The notes: generated by a model not told the origin, from the sequence alone. 64,000 nt of DNA from Octopus sinensis (GCF_006345805.1 NC_043017.1:2356001-2420000), one strand, 5' to 3'; positions 25,079-39,314 are shown, counted from the stretch's first letter. Numbers and translations: made by a program.

Positions 25079-25412
25079 TATTATTATTATTATTATTCAT
25101 TTAGCTATTTATTTCTTTTAGTATTATCATTTTGTTCCAAGCTTAAATCGTTGACATGGCTTTTGTTTAATGCCACTTCTGCATCAGACTTGAAGTAATG
25201 GAACAAAATTCAGCTGTAGCCATATAATACACACACACATAAACACACACACACTCTCTCTCTCTCTTTCTGTCGCGCACACATATGCAGACACACACAC
25301 ACACACGGACGAACAGACACAGACGTGTGTGTTTCAATGTATTACATACACACATAAACACACACACACACTCTCTCTCTCTCTCTTTCTGTCGCGCACA
25401 CATATGCAGGCA

Positions 25413-25450
<38 letters not shown>

Positions 25451-26672
25451 CGAACACACACAGACGCGTGTGTTTCAATGTATTAAATACACACATATAC
25501 TTATGTGAGTGCACGAGCGTATGTGCGTGTCTGTGTGTGTGTGTGCGTGTCTCTGTGTGTGTGTTGTGTGTGTGTGCTTGTGGTGAAATTATTTCAATCT
25601 CATACACTTACTTCTCCCGGCTGCGACATGCGAAACAGCAGAAATGCTTTTAGACAAAGACACCAACCAATTAACAGGAAAAGCAGCGAGCCGAGTTTAC
25701 ATTATTTTGCAATTGCTCAGTGAGTGATGTAATTAAAATGCTATTTTCAAATTTGCATTGAAAGAGCTCCGTTCCACAGCAGTGTGGCCCTCACAGTTAC
25801 ATAAACACTTAGAGAAGAGATAAACGCTGGACATCGTTATGTTTAACGATTTATACCTGGCGTACTTTTTCTACAATAAATAACCGAACGATATCTAATT
25901 GAAGAGAGCAGACTTACTGAAATGATAACATGTTCAAATAGATTGCTTTTGATTGGAACTGCTTTCAAAACATCACATGCTTTTTCTTCCATCGTTTGCA
26001 AAGATGAACAACGCCGAATGCAATTGTTAAAGAATATCAACAGCAGATCATGCAGTCATGCGGTCATGCAAACCAGTCGCCGGTTTGATGCATCTTCCGC
26101 TTCTACTGCACCTTAAACGTGATGCGACTACAAAAGTAATGGAATTTCACTGCCGCAGACGGGTGTGAAACCTTGACTGCTCTGATCAAAAGCTTCCCTT
26201 GTGTGCTGCGGTTTTGCTGACCCTGGGTTATAGGGGTGTAGGGCGACATCTGTCAATTAACTTTCCTCTCATCCCCTAATTCCTAGATCAATTGCAAGGC
26301 TGGCATAATTGATTGGAGGAATAGCAGAGAAGAATTAAGAGTAAGGCGTTCTATTGATTTCGGTGAACTCTGAACAACATGCCCCACGGATATAATATTC
26401 GATATTGTATAATGGTTAAGACTTGACGATCGAATTTCTTCTGCACAGTCCCCTAGAAATTTAGACTTTACATATATTGGATGAAAGGGCCTTAAATACC
26501 TACATCTAAATTTTAAAATGTGTTCCGCTGCTTTCAGCCTGGTTTCACCAGCCTAACAAGCGGATGATTCCCTGCCAGACCCAGATGCTTCTTGAAGCCA
26601 CTGGTGAGAGATAGGTTCCAGGTTGAAGGCCATTTGCAGCCAATTTTATACGGAAGGGAGTTGACAAGATAT

Positions 26673-27370
26673 CTATTTCTTTATTGCCCACAGTGGGACT
26701 AAACTTTGAGGGCACAAACAAGGACAGACAAAGGGGTTAAGTCGACCCCAGTGCGTAACTGGTACTTATTTAATCGACCCCGAAAGGATGAAAGGCAAAG
26801 TTCAGTTCGGCGGAATTTGAACTCAGAACGTAACGGCAGGCGAAACACCGCTAAGAATTTCGCTCTGCGTGCAAACGATTCTGCCAGCTCGCCTTTCATC
26901 CTTTCGGGGTCGATAAATTAAGTACCAATTACGCACTGGGGTCGATATAATCGACTTAATCCCTTTGTCTGTCCTTGTTTGTCCTCTCTGCGTTTAGCCC
27001 CTTATGGGTGGTAAAGAAATAGGTATTTCGTCAGCCGATACGCTCTGTGTTCAAATTCCGCCGAGGTCGACTTTGCCTTTCATTCTTTCGGGGTCAGTAA
27101 ATTAAGTACCAATTACGCACTGAGGTCGATATAATCGACTTTATCCGTTTGTCTGTCCTTGTTTGTCTTCTCTGTGTTTAGTCCCTTGCGAGTAGTAGAG
27201 AAATAGGTATTTCGTCTGTCTTTACGTTCTGAGTTCAAATTCTGCCGAGGTCGACTTTGCCTTTCATCCTTTCGGGGTCGATAAATTTAATACCAGTTGC
27301 ATACTGGGGATAAACTTAATCAACTGGCCCCACCTCCCCCAAAATTTCGGACCTTGTCCCTACAGCAGAA
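26673..27370. mobile_element. SINE A copy (26673-26892, -) fused back-to-back with a SINE A trimer (26890-27370, +)
   Basis: Shared gcc at the junction; aagaaataggtatttcg junctions at ~27015 and ~27200. Confidence 0.88.
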
Positions 27371-27372
27371 AA

Positions 27373-27443
<71 letters not shown>

Positions 27444-27549
27444 CACATATATATACACACATATATATATACATATATATATATACATACATATGTATAT
27501 ATATATACATGGTTCTTCATGTCGAGCGGAATTCTGTTCATGTGGCTCG

Positions 27550-28060
27550 TTCATGTATGTTTGCATGTGGGGGCATGCATGTGTACATTCATGTGTGTGT
27601 ACAAATGTCTGTGTGTGTGCGCATGTGTGTGTATGTGTATGTTTGCACTTGCGCGCACCTGTATATGAATGCATGTCTGCGCGAGTATATGTGTGTGTGT
27701 GTGCATGTGTGTGTGTGCGTGTAGGTGTGTATGTGTGTGTGCATGTGTGTGTGAGTGTGCATGTGTGTGTGTGCGAGTGTCTATGTCTGTGTGTGTGTGT
27801 GTGTGTGTCTGTGTGTGTGTGCGTGCGTGCCTGTGTGCGTGTGTGTGTGTGTGCGAGTGTGTGTGTGCGAGTGTGTGTGTCTGTGTCTGTGTGTGTGTGT
27901 GTCTGTGTGTGTGCGTGTGTGTGTCTCTGTATGTGTGCGTGTGTGTGTGTGTGTGTGTGTCTGTGTGTGTGCGTGTGTGTCTCTGTGTGTGTGCGTGTGT
28001 GTGTGTGTGTCTGCGTGTGTGTGCGTGTGTGTGTGTGTGTGCTTGTGTGTGTGCGTGCTG
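27550..28060. repeat. Long degenerate (TG)n/(TGCG) tract
   Basis: Direct inspection. Confidence 0.98.
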
Positions 28061-28463
28061 GAGCAATTGCAACCACTGTACTCCAGACTATTTCTAATGA
28101 GCAGACTAATGATAGTTTTAAGCCGATATTCTTTATCAGAAGATAATCTTGCAGGAAATAAGCTGTTTAAGAGTAATTAATTAATTCATTGTTGACGTGT
28201 ATAAAATTAATTAATCAACCAGTATACATGATGCTGTGTAAAGTACACCTTTCATTAATACACTCACCTATATATCTGCCGCACGCCCACACACCAACAC
28301 GTCCACCGGACTGCTTCTATAGAGGATGTTATAACGTGTATATCTAGCGCGACACCTGTCTACGTGACTTGGTCGCTTCGTCGGCTAGAAACAGCAGCCT
28401 ATGACCGTCCGAAAGTTCTACAGGCATTCACTCGCGTATTTATATACGTGTTTATCCGTCTAT

Positions 28464-28525
<62 letters not shown>

Positions 28526-28540
28526 GGGAAGAGAGAGAGG

Positions 28541-28591
<51 letters not shown>

Positions 28592-28982
28592 GAAGAGAGA
28601 GAGGTAGATAGATAGATAGATAGATAGATATACGTACACTCACACAAACACCAGCATATATAAATGTGTGTGTGTGTATATATATATATATATACATACA
28701 TACATACATACATACATACAAACAGAGAAAAGGGAGAGATGGATAGATGTGTGAATGTGAGCGAGTGTTTTCTGCTAGATAGATAGATAGATAGATATGG
28801 ATATATATGTAGATAGATAGATAGACGGACAGACAGACAGACAGGCAATGTCAATTTGACTGTTCCATTTCTTATTTAAATTACTATTATTATTAATATT
28901 ATTATTTTTATATGAGTGTGTGTGGGGGGCGTGAGTGTGAGTGTGTGTGTGTGTGCGCGCGCGTGCGTGCGTGTGTGTGTGT

Positions 28983-29521
28983 AAGTTCAAATTCCGCCGA
29001 GGTCGACTTCGTCCTCTCGGAGTCCATAAAATACTAGCAGTTGACCGCTGGGGTCAATCCAATCGACTGACAACCTCACCTCGAAATTACTGACCGTCTG
29101 CCAATATGTGAAGCCATTACTACTACTACTACTACTACTACTAATGTGGTTAAGCAATTTGTCCGTCTTTGAGTTCTAGTTCTAAGTTCGAATGGAGATT
29201 CATTCTCTCGGGTCTGATGAAATAAGTACCAGTTTGGCACTGGGGTCTCTCTAATCGACTAACCCGCATTCACCACCACCTAAAATCTCCGTCCTTGTGG
29301 TGTTGCTGGCAGACTCGTTACCACGCCGGGCAAAATGCTTAGCAGTATTTTGTCCGTCATTACGTTTGGAGTTCAAATTTCGCCCAGGTCGACTTTATTT
29401 TTTCATCATTTCAGGGTTGATGAAGTAAGTACCAGTTGATCACTAGGATCGATGTAATCGACTGGCACCCAACCCCAAAATTTCAACATTGGTACCTATA
29501 GTAGAAAGGATTGATATTATA

Positions 29522-29575
<54 letters not shown>
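28983..29575 (+). mobile_element. Three old SINE A fragments, the last with an (ATT)n tail
   Basis: gttcaaattccgccgaggtcgac; cacgccgggcaaaatgcttagcagtattttgtccg; tail at 29516-29575. Confidence 0.78.
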
Positions 29576-29796
29576 GAAGGGCTCATGCCCTGTTGTTCAG
29601 GCACCCGTGGCTTTTGTGGGTTTCTCCACGAGGTCCTTAAAGCCCTTCCCCTTTTGGGAGTTTTAATTTTTTTAATTTTAATTGCTATATTGTTTACACG
29701 TTGTAAAACCCATTGCATTGTCATGGTTTTGCCATCTGTATTACTGTATGTGTTTTAATGTAACTTTATGTAAGCCCTTGTGGCCAATAAACGAAT

Positions 29797-30522
29797 TAAT
29801 TATTATTATTATTATTATTATTGAGTGAGAGAGCAGTGCATGCCATCAAAGTGACACTGGGGTAAAATATATGAAGCCCAAATACCTATCGTCTGATAAG
29901 GGTACACCAGGCACATGCAACACAACCATATGTGCGCGACGTGGTGATCTCACATCAAGATACACAACACATGACCTTGCAGATGGGGTCCAGTTAGTAT
30001 TTTCTTCTGGTCGAGTAACCCATCCCGCTCAAAAGGTCCCTGAATAAGGAATGTTTAAGGATGTTGAATGAAACACCAATGTTTCTAAGGGTAGATTATC
30101 CAAACCCCAAAGAATCCCTCTAAACACATGGCTCTGATGTTCCCCCATTACTTCTGCTTGTGATCAGAGATGCACACATTGTCAGCCACTAAGGGACATG
30201 CTCAACTGGTTATGGTCAAACAACTGACAAGCAAATTTGTGGTATTGAGCAGAATATATATGCTGTAGCCCATCTTTTATACCAAGACAAAATAATGTAC
30301 ACGATAACACTTCCAATCAGTTATGATTAGAAGCCACGAGAGCCACTGTCTGATACTATCGGTGGCGGATACGACCTTTAAACTTCTGCACCTACAATCT
30401 TTCAATAGTCTTTCAAATGCTTAAGAACTTCTTGGTAATCTTTCCTGTCCCTTAGAGGGCAAGCTTTCTGTAGAAGCTCCACAGGACATATTCCAATCTC
30501 CTTCAAACATTTCATGCAACTT
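29797..30522 (-). mobile_element. R4/Dong-like non-LTR retroelement 3' end: ORF C-terminus, 3' UTR and (TAA)n tail
   Basis: Minus frames LKEIGICPVELLQKACPL / GTGKITKKFLSI* resemble the LQKA.LLGTA.I.RK.L terminus of RLE-type non-LTR ORFs and continue into the UTR shared with 24489-25040. Confidence 0.75.
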
Positions 30523-30704
30523 TATTTAAGTTGCATGAAACGATCGTACTGCATTACCTCTAGATATCCTTGTTGCATATTTTGATTGTAATCACCTCAT
30601 TTTGACATTGCATGGATAATACCGTACTAAATTCCTTTGCCTCAACATAAGTACCATATTCATCTGAATCTCAATTTTTGCTGAAATCATCTACCATACC
30701 CAAA

Positions 30705-30759
<55 letters not shown>

Positions 30760-31339
30760 ACATGCATATAAAGTATATACATGGCTTTTCATGTCGGTAA
30801 GAATTGTGTATGTAAATGCGGTCCATTTATGATTCTGTGCATGTGTGTGTACATGTATGTACATGCAGGTGTGTAGATGTATTTCTCTGCGTGTGAGTAC
30901 ATCAGTAGATAAGGATAGCAGAGTATACACATTTTGGAATCGTCGGCTACGTAGACCACAACGTTCTGATCAGTACAATAGACTTTGATAAATTTCACAG
31001 ACAAGGACCCGGTTGCTGAAAGCTGAAAGCATGTTTCCCAGCGCGAGAACTTTACACAAACCGGATTGGAAAATTAGATGAGCATGAGTTTACGGGGGTA
31101 GATCGTCAACAACAGATGGTGGCCAACATTGAAAAGATCTATTACATTACAATCGATAAGATTTTGAATGAAAGGAAGTCGAGACAAGAGAGAGCTCCAC
31201 TAAAGAACCTGAGAAAAGTACTTAGAAGAAGCTCATGGTGATATTGGCCCTTGATCGATTTCTCATCGCGGAGAAACATTTATAAGTATTGTTCGTAATT
31301 TAGCCACAATACCAATAATTTTGAGGGGTCGCTGGTACA

Positions 31340-31757
31340 TTAGTTTATCATCCCCGGAAACATGAAAGCCAAAGTTGTCCACAGCAGGTTTTGAACTCAG
31401 AAGCAAAAGCAAGATTTGAACTCAGAATCTCAGAAAGAAAGGCAATGCAGAACTCAGAAATAAAAGCAAGGCCGTTCTAAATAATAATGATTTCGAATTT
31501 GGGCACAAGGCCCGCAAGTGATGGCAGAGTGGGGTGATAAGTTGATTACGTCAACTCCAGTGTTCAACTGGTACTTAATTTGATTACCCCGAATGCATGA
31601 AAGGCAAAGACGACCTCGGCGAAATTCGAACCCACAACATGAATACGGACGAAATGCCGCTAAATATTATGCCCGGTGAGCTAACGATTCCTCCAGCTTG
31701 AATGCTTAATAATAATAATAATAATAACAACAACAATAATAATAAAAGTAATTATTA

Positions 31758-31798
<41 letters not shown>

Positions 31799-32010
31799 TC
31801 AAATTTTTGCCACAGGGGCAGCTTGAGGGAGGTGGGAATGAATAGATTACATCGACATCAGTATTCAACTGGTACTTATTTTATTGACCCCGAAGGGACG
31901 ATAGGCAAAGTCGACCTCGGCGGAATTCGAACTCACAACGTGAATACGAACGAAATGCCGCTAAGCATTTTACCCAGCGCTAAACAATTCCTCCAGCACA
32001 CATCCTTAAC
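31340..32010 (-). mobile_element. Cluster of degenerate SINE A copies with (AAT)n tails
   Basis: gacctcggcggaattcgaactc; aatgccgctaagcatttt. Confidence 0.8.
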
Positions 32011-33103
32011 AATAATAATAATAATAATATAATAATAATAATAATAACAACAACAACAAACACCAATAAAATTCAGCCTAACGAAGCTAGCTATGAGCCC
32101 AAGTCAGGAAAAGAATCTGAGTCTTGGCTGTTGCTTTATCTGCAATGAATAGCAGCCAAATATCCCTTAAATTTGAAGTGTATTTCTTTCTTGGAAGATG
32201 AAAATATTTAAAAAGAAACATACTGTAAAGTCACGGCTGGAAAGCCTTTCACGAGAAGTCTCCTAGATGGTCGGTTAAACAAACACTTATTCACTGTAAT
32301 TATTGTTTTAACATTTTAACCTTTAAACAAGCCTCGGCTGTCCGTTTGCTTTATCGATCAACACTACCCGAAACGTAATTATATACCATACAGTATCTAA
32401 TTCGTATAACGTATAATATAATTAAAATATCGTCTTTTCATCAGATATATCGCAGATATATCACAGATACCACACTTATAAGCTCTATTAATTCTAAAAG
32501 TTTTAAAAGCAACGAAGTCTCCCCTATCAACTTGGAAAATCTCTTCAGATCTCCTTCATCTTTAAAGAGTTATCAATTTTAATGGTAATATTCCCAGCTT
32601 CGTTCCATCATTAAAGAGAATTTAAAGATATATGGAATGTATTGTTAGATATTTCATGAAATATTCAAAATTTATTGACAGGTCATCGTATTGTGATTGT
32701 TTCATTAGAGATACTGTGATGATATTAAGACAGAACTTTAATTAAACTGAAATGGCCTGCCAATAAGTTGCATAAACATATAAGCACACACGCACATATA
32801 CACACCTACACACACATGTACAGTGTTACACATACACATTTAAATATATACGGAGAAAAACAATGTGCCCAGATACATACACCACACACACCACATATAT
32901 ATATATTATATACACACACAAATATATCTATATCTACATATATATATGTATATATATATATATATATACGTATATATATATACATATATACATATATATA
33001 TATACGTATATATATATACATATATACATATATATATATATGTAGATATATACATATATACATATATATATATAATATATATATATATATACATACATAT
33101 ATA

Positions 33104-33143
<40 letters not shown>

Positions 33144-33331
33144 CATACATATATATACACCGTATTATATATATATACATATATATACGTATAATATATA
33201 CATATATATATATATATATATACGTATATATACATATATACATATATATATTATATATACATACATATATATAAACACGTATTTATATATATATATACAT
33301 ATATATATAATATACACACACACACACACAC

Positions 33332-33376
<45 letters not shown>

Positions 33377-33683
33377 GACATATGCGTGCAAACAAAACTG
33401 TCCTGGCGTATGCGCGCGCACCCTCACACATGCACACTCATACATATGTGTGTGTTTGTGTGCGTGCATGTACATGTATATGTGTCCGTTGGTGTACGCA
33501 ATGCCTCCCGCATAATGTCTCTATAACTATCTGACGCACCAAATAATTACCACTAATTAACTATTTCATGTGCCCCCCTCCCCTCTCTATTAAACATGGT
33601 ACCACTTACATAAACACACATTAATTACCAGCATATATAATTTGATATGCCTTCACACATCTCACCTTCATATTTATTATTAC

Positions 33684-34056
33684 GAGTGGCTGTGTGGTAA
33701 GTAGCTTGCTTACCAACCATATGGCCCTGGCCTCAGTCCCACTGCAGGGCATCTTGGGCAATTGTCTTCTACTATAGCCTCGGGCTGACCAAAGCCTTAT
33801 GAGTGAATTTGGTAGACGGAAACTGGAAGAAGCCAATCGCATATGTATACGTGTGTGTTTGTATGATTGTGTATGTTTGTCACACCCACCCACCCAGCAT
33901 CGCTTGACAACCGATGTTAGTGTGTTTACGTCCCCGTAACTTAGCGGTTCGGCAAAAGATACCGATAGGATAAGTACTAGGCTTGCAAAGAATAAGTTCT
34001 GGGGTCGATTAGCTCGACTATAAAGGCGGTGCTGAAACAAGTAAAAGAGTAAAAGG
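33684..34056 (+). mobile_element. SINE family B
   Basis: gagtggctgtgtggtaagtagcttgc...ggcggtgctgaaacaagtaaaagag (tail deletion). Confidence 0.9.
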
Positions 34057-34059
34057 GTA

Positions 34060-34672
34060 ACAAAAGTGATTCTTCACTGGCGCTTGATATGCTGGGTGTA
34101 GCAGGCAATTCTCCGTGCAACCCCTCCTACTTTCTTTACTTTTGCTTGCCCTTTGTGTCATATGTGACAAACAAGACATATTTCCCAGGCGTCCATGCAT
34201 GTGACAAATTCCCAATTTTTTTTTCAACCATTAAAGTAACTTGGGATTTATGAAAAGAAAATTTTATACTGGCTTCAAATTTTTGGTACAAAATCAGCAG
34301 CATCGGAGGAGGGGGTGAGTCGATTACATTGTCACCAGTGTTCAGCACGAGCTTATTTTATCGACCTCGAAAGGACGAAAACCCGTTTACATTACCACTG
34401 ATGTTCAAGTTTCGTGTAACACTGAACAGTATGTGACTCGAACATTGATCTCATTAAGCGCTTGTCGTGACCATTTCAGGGGGGCAGACGGAGGCATCAA
34501 GTCAGGCCCTCTGAAACGATGTTGTGGGCAATATGCTTGTTGTAAGCTGAGAGTTTGATGGAAATATTCTCTTTACTCTACTGAAGTGTACATTTCTTGT
34601 CCTCTTCCTATTTGTGGGTCCATCGTATCTGACAATCTCGTCTTGTCTGAGGTATCTATATTTGTCACCAGA
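34060..34672 (-). pseudogene. Decayed RT-region fragments of an R4/Dong-like non-LTR element, interrupted by a SINE
   Basis: GDKYRYLRQDEIVRYDGPTNRKRTRNVHFSRVKRIF and YNKHIAHN resemble the YKYLGQDE..Y.GP.NK.R....YY.RV..IW and NK..A.N motifs; GLHGE at ~34110; stops and frameshifts. Confidence 0.55.
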
Positions 34673-34673
34673 A

Positions 34674-35130
34674 GGCGGCGATCTGACAGAAACGTTAGCA
34701 CGCCGGGCAAAATGCTTAGCGGTATTTCGTCTGCCGTTACGTTCTGAGTTCAAATTCCGCAGAGGTCGACGTTGCCTTTCATCCCTTCGGGGTTGATGAA
34801 ATGTGTGCCAGTTGAGCACTAGGGTCGATGTAATCCAGTGCGTAACTGGTTCTTAATTTATCTACCCCGAAAGGTTGAAAGGTAAAGTCGACCTCGGCGG
34901 GTTCTGAATTCAGAACGTAGCGGCAGACGAAATACCTATTTCGTTACTACCCACAAGGGGCTAAACACAGAGAGGACAAAAAAAGGACAGACAAACGGAT
35001 TAAGTCGATTACATCGACCCCAGTGAAAGGCAAAGTCGAGCTCGGCGGAATTTGAACTCAGAACGTCGCGGCAGACGAAATACCGCTAAGCATTTCGCCC
35101 GGCGTGCTAACGTTTCTGCCAGTTCGCCAC
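34674..35130. mobile_element. Tail-to-tail inverted SINE A pair (34674-34835 +; 34836-35130 -, a dimer with deletion)
   Basis: Both heads are visible; junction gaaataggtatttcg on the minus strand at ~34925-34945. Confidence 0.88.
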
Positions 35131-35879
35131 TGAGCATTCTACAGACACACATACCCTTAATGCAGTTTTCAGGGAGATACAGCTTGACGCTGAATGTGAC
35201 AAAGCTGGCCCTTTGAATTACAGGTTTAACCCACATTTGCTCGCTGCCTGGACTGGAGCAACGTGAAATAAAGTGTCTCTCTTAAAAGGACAAAACACAC
35301 CGTCAGAAATCAAACACGCGACCTAACGACTGTGAGCCAATTACCCCTAACCATTGAGCCACGTGCCTTCCCATCAATTGATTTATTGCAAGCAAAAACA
35401 AAATTTGATTCTCTTTCATGTTTCACGTTTTCCTTGGTTTCTTCAGAGTGAATTTGGAAGAGTAAAGTTCTTCAGTCAATAATCTAAGCCAGCATCAATG
35501 TTTTATAGATCAAAGTCTTTGTTTCTCCAGTTAAAGTGTTGATGGCAGGTGTTACTGTCTTCTCCTAATAACTAACATCAATGTCATTGCTACAAGCATC
35601 GCTACCGCCAAAACTGGGTTTTATGATATTCGGATTTATAGCACGTCTGCGCATCAATCAAGTGATTAATTTTGTTTTGTGATGAACGTATGTTGTCTGT
35701 CGATATAATTTAGTAACGTGTTCTCTTGTTTTGTAGAGATTTCATGAGAACTCGGATAAATATAGAACGCAGTAATTTATTTTTTCAATACTCACATATT
35801 TTTCAATACTCACATTCACACATACGTCAGCATATATGCGTGTGTGTGTGTCTGTGTGTCAGTGTTTGTATGCATATAT

Positions 35880-36104
35880 ACTCTTTTACCCTTTTACTTG
35901 TTTCAGTCATTTGACTGCGGCCATGCTGGAGCACCGCCTTTAGTCGAGCAACTCGACCCCGGGACTTATTCTTTTGTAAGCCCAGTACTTATTCTATCGG
36001 TCTCTTTTGCCGAACCGCTAATTGACAGGGACGTAAACACACCAGCATCGGTTGTCAAGCAATGCTAGGGGGACAAACACAGACACACAAACACACACAC
36101 ACAT

Positions 36105-36145
<41 letters not shown>

Positions 36146-36203
36146 CGACAGGCTTCTTTCATTTTCCGTCTACCAAATCCACTCACATACATACATACAT
36201 ACA

Positions 36204-36234
<31 letters not shown>

Positions 36235-36419
36235 GTGTGTGTGTGTTTGTCTATTTCTCCCCACAACATCACTAGACAGCCGATGCCGGTGCATTTACGT
36301 GCTCGTAATCTAGCGGTTGGCCAAAAGGTGTCGATAGATTAAGTACTAAGCTTACAAGGAATAAGTCACGAGATGAATTTGCTCCAGTATAGCCACTGTT
36401 AAATGATTGGAACGAGTAA

Positions 36420-36420
<1 letters not shown>
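35880..36420. mobile_element. SINE B (-, 35880-36180) and degenerate SINE B 3' half (+, 36230-36420)
   Basis: Family B body and tail motifs in opposite orientations. Confidence 0.82.
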
Positions 36421-36450
<30 letters not shown>

Positions 36451-36689
36451 AACATTCAAACATGTATATGTGCATACATAGGGAAGAGATTATGAAATGA
36501 AACATGAATAATAATAGTATATATTTATTTCTAAGGAAAGGAAACCATGTAGCTGTCGGTTTGGAAAATTTGTTCCATCTTTTGAACCTCAGCATTATAC
36601 ATAAATGTGGTGGTGGGGAGGAGGTGTCTGTGTGTCTGCGAGGATGTATGCGTGTATTGTATGTATGTATACATACATACATGTATATA

Positions 36690-36890
36690 TATAAAGTTAA
36701 TCCAAACAAGAAACCACAAAAAATCGACACAACAACGCGAGGACGTGGAACAAATATAGTATAATTGGACGCTCAGGAGAGAAGGAAAGATGGAGGGTTT
36801 AACGTTTCAAGCGGAGCTCTTCGTCGGAACATAGGAGAAGGAAAGATCCAGAGAAGGGAAGACAGAGGAAAAAAATCGCCAACATCGATA
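36690..36890 (-). mobile_element. TA-flanked Penelope-like element (family P2) with a U4C hammerhead-like fold at 36797-36830
   Basis: Minus strand CCGACGA-A-GAGC(tcc)GCTT-GAAA-CG-TT; helix I is weak. Confidence 0.55.
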
Positions 36891-37004
36891 TATATATACA
36901 CATATATATACATATGCATATATATATACAAATATATATGTATATGTATATATATGTATATATATATATGTATATATATATATATGTATATATATATAGA
37001 GAGA

Positions 37005-37225
37005 GAGAGACCGCCATGTTGATTCGTTAGCTCCTGCACGCATTATTTTTGTCTCCTTGTTTCTCTCCGTGTTTCTTTTCTGTGTATCTTTCTGTCGAAG
37101 AGCGTAGGCTCGAAACATAAAAGACTTGTTTTATTTCTATTCCCGAGCGCCATACTAATACAATTGTTTGTTTGTACTCCACCTGCCTTCGTCTTTTGTT
37201 TATTTTCGTAAACCTTCCCGTTATA
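37005..37225 (+). mobile_element. Family P1 copy; hammerhead fold at 37087-37124
   Basis: tcttt CTGTCGA a gagcgtaggctc GAAA ca TA aaaga (one helix III mismatch). Confidence 0.78.
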
Positions 37226-37273
37226 TATATATATACGAACAAATATATGCATATATATATATACATATATAGC

Positions 37274-37341
<68 letters not shown>

Positions 37342-37653
37342 TGTGTGTGGGTGTACGTACGTATCTATGTGTATTTCCGTGAGTAAAATACGTATATGCA
37401 AGACTATATACATGTGAACGGGGAAAAAGAATGAAATTGACTTCCTGGCGTGAAGACAGTCAGTGCATTGCCAGTAAATATACATCAGACTTCACGATTT
37501 TTTTTTTTTTTTTTCTTTTTCCTCTAAAGATATACATGTGATTTCTTTTGTAAACGTCCAAACAATATTTATAGATATACGTATCTTAAACCCAACAAAG
37601 AATAGTTGCATAAATATATGTGGAGACAAAAAATACATATACATAAATATAAT

Positions 37654-37722
<69 letters not shown>

Positions 37723-38476
37723 TATATATATGTATATATATTAATACATATATGTACGTATGTATGTAAGCATACAACTAAACATATATATACACGGAGG
37801 CGTTATTTATTATATTAATTTTACAGCATATTTTATGTCCGTATTTTTTTTATTTATTTACTATTTTTTTTTCTTTTTCCTTTTTTTTTTCTTTTACTTC
37901 GAAGATCACATCTTTGTCCTCCGAGTATTCGCCGAGGCATGAAATCTTTAAATGGGAGCTGAAGACCATTAAAAGCGAAATATGCAATAAAAGTGAAAAT
38001 TCGTGCTTAGATGCGTTGAAAGAATGCAAAACGCCAGTTAAATAGAACGAGGCTATGATTTCTTGTGAATATTGGCACGAAGACAAAATATAGAACAAAT
38101 ATATGTTTATATATGTAAGTATATAAAGGTATATATATACGTGTGTGTGTGTCTGTTTATATGTATAGAAGCATATATATATGTATATATATACGTGTGT
38201 CTGTGTTCATCAGTGCGAAGAGTTTGACTTGTGTGAAATATTTGTTTTGTTAAATATTGGTTTTATATATTATTGATACATTTATATTTACGGGTAGATG
38301 AAACAAAAAAATTGAACGGTTAAGCAGAGATACATACATACATTCATACATACATAAATCTCTCTCTCTCCCTCTCTCTTCTCTCTATATATATATATAT
38401 ATATATATACATGTGTGTATGTGTGTGTCTGTATGTGTAGTAACTTAAGAAAATGCAAGATATGAGAAGATATATG

Positions 38477-38507
<31 letters not shown>

Positions 38508-38949
38508 ATATATATATATTGAATACACGTGTTATTGTGAACGGTATCGCACATTCAGGTGAACGGACATTTAGATATATCATAGATCATCGAACACCAC
38601 AACCACACTCGCCCATAACCACATACTTACACACATGTGCATACACACATACACACGTATGTATATATATGTATACAAATAAGCACACACACACAAACAT
38701 ATTTATGTATATATGCAAATACTCATGCGTACACGCACGCATGCATACATACACTCGTACACAACCATCGCAACAGAAAATCGACTTCATATATTTTCAC
38801 AGATGCATGCATAAATATATATTATTTATGGTCGTTTAATATTCATGTACAATATAGACTGACTTATGTATGTACGTACATAAGTCTGTACGTCCGTGTA
38901 TATATAAAGACATATATACACGCATGCACATAAGTAATATCCATGTATG

Positions 38950-39009
<60 letters not shown>

Positions 39010-39283
39010 ATATATTATGTGTGTGTGTGTGTATGTATATATGTATATATATTTGTGTGTGTGCGTGCATGTGTACAAGCATATTTCAATACATTAACTT
39101 AACTATATTTATCTGCGCTTTTGAAAGCCGATCCCATATATATGTATATATATATGTGTTTGTGTGTGGGTGTAATATATATATATATATACATATACAT
39201 ACATACATGCATATATGCATATATATATATATATATATATGTAATGCATATATTCACATACGCACACATATATATATACATCA

Positions 39284-39314
<31 letters not shown>

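Noticed and set aside
25640-26160. Possible hAT (Charlie/Buster-like) transposase remnant on the minus strand
   Set aside because: Only vague similarity (CDVLKAV) with many stops; cannot be supported without a profile search
35408-35452. Minus-strand CTGAAGA...GAAACATG hammerhead-like motif
   Set aside because: Helix II does not pair and U16.1 is missing; could be chance
37960-37990. CTGAAGA..CGAAATATG motif and a 46-codon frame after a polypyrimidine tract
   Set aside because: No helix I or II pairing and the site would be NUG; the ORF is short and has no homology
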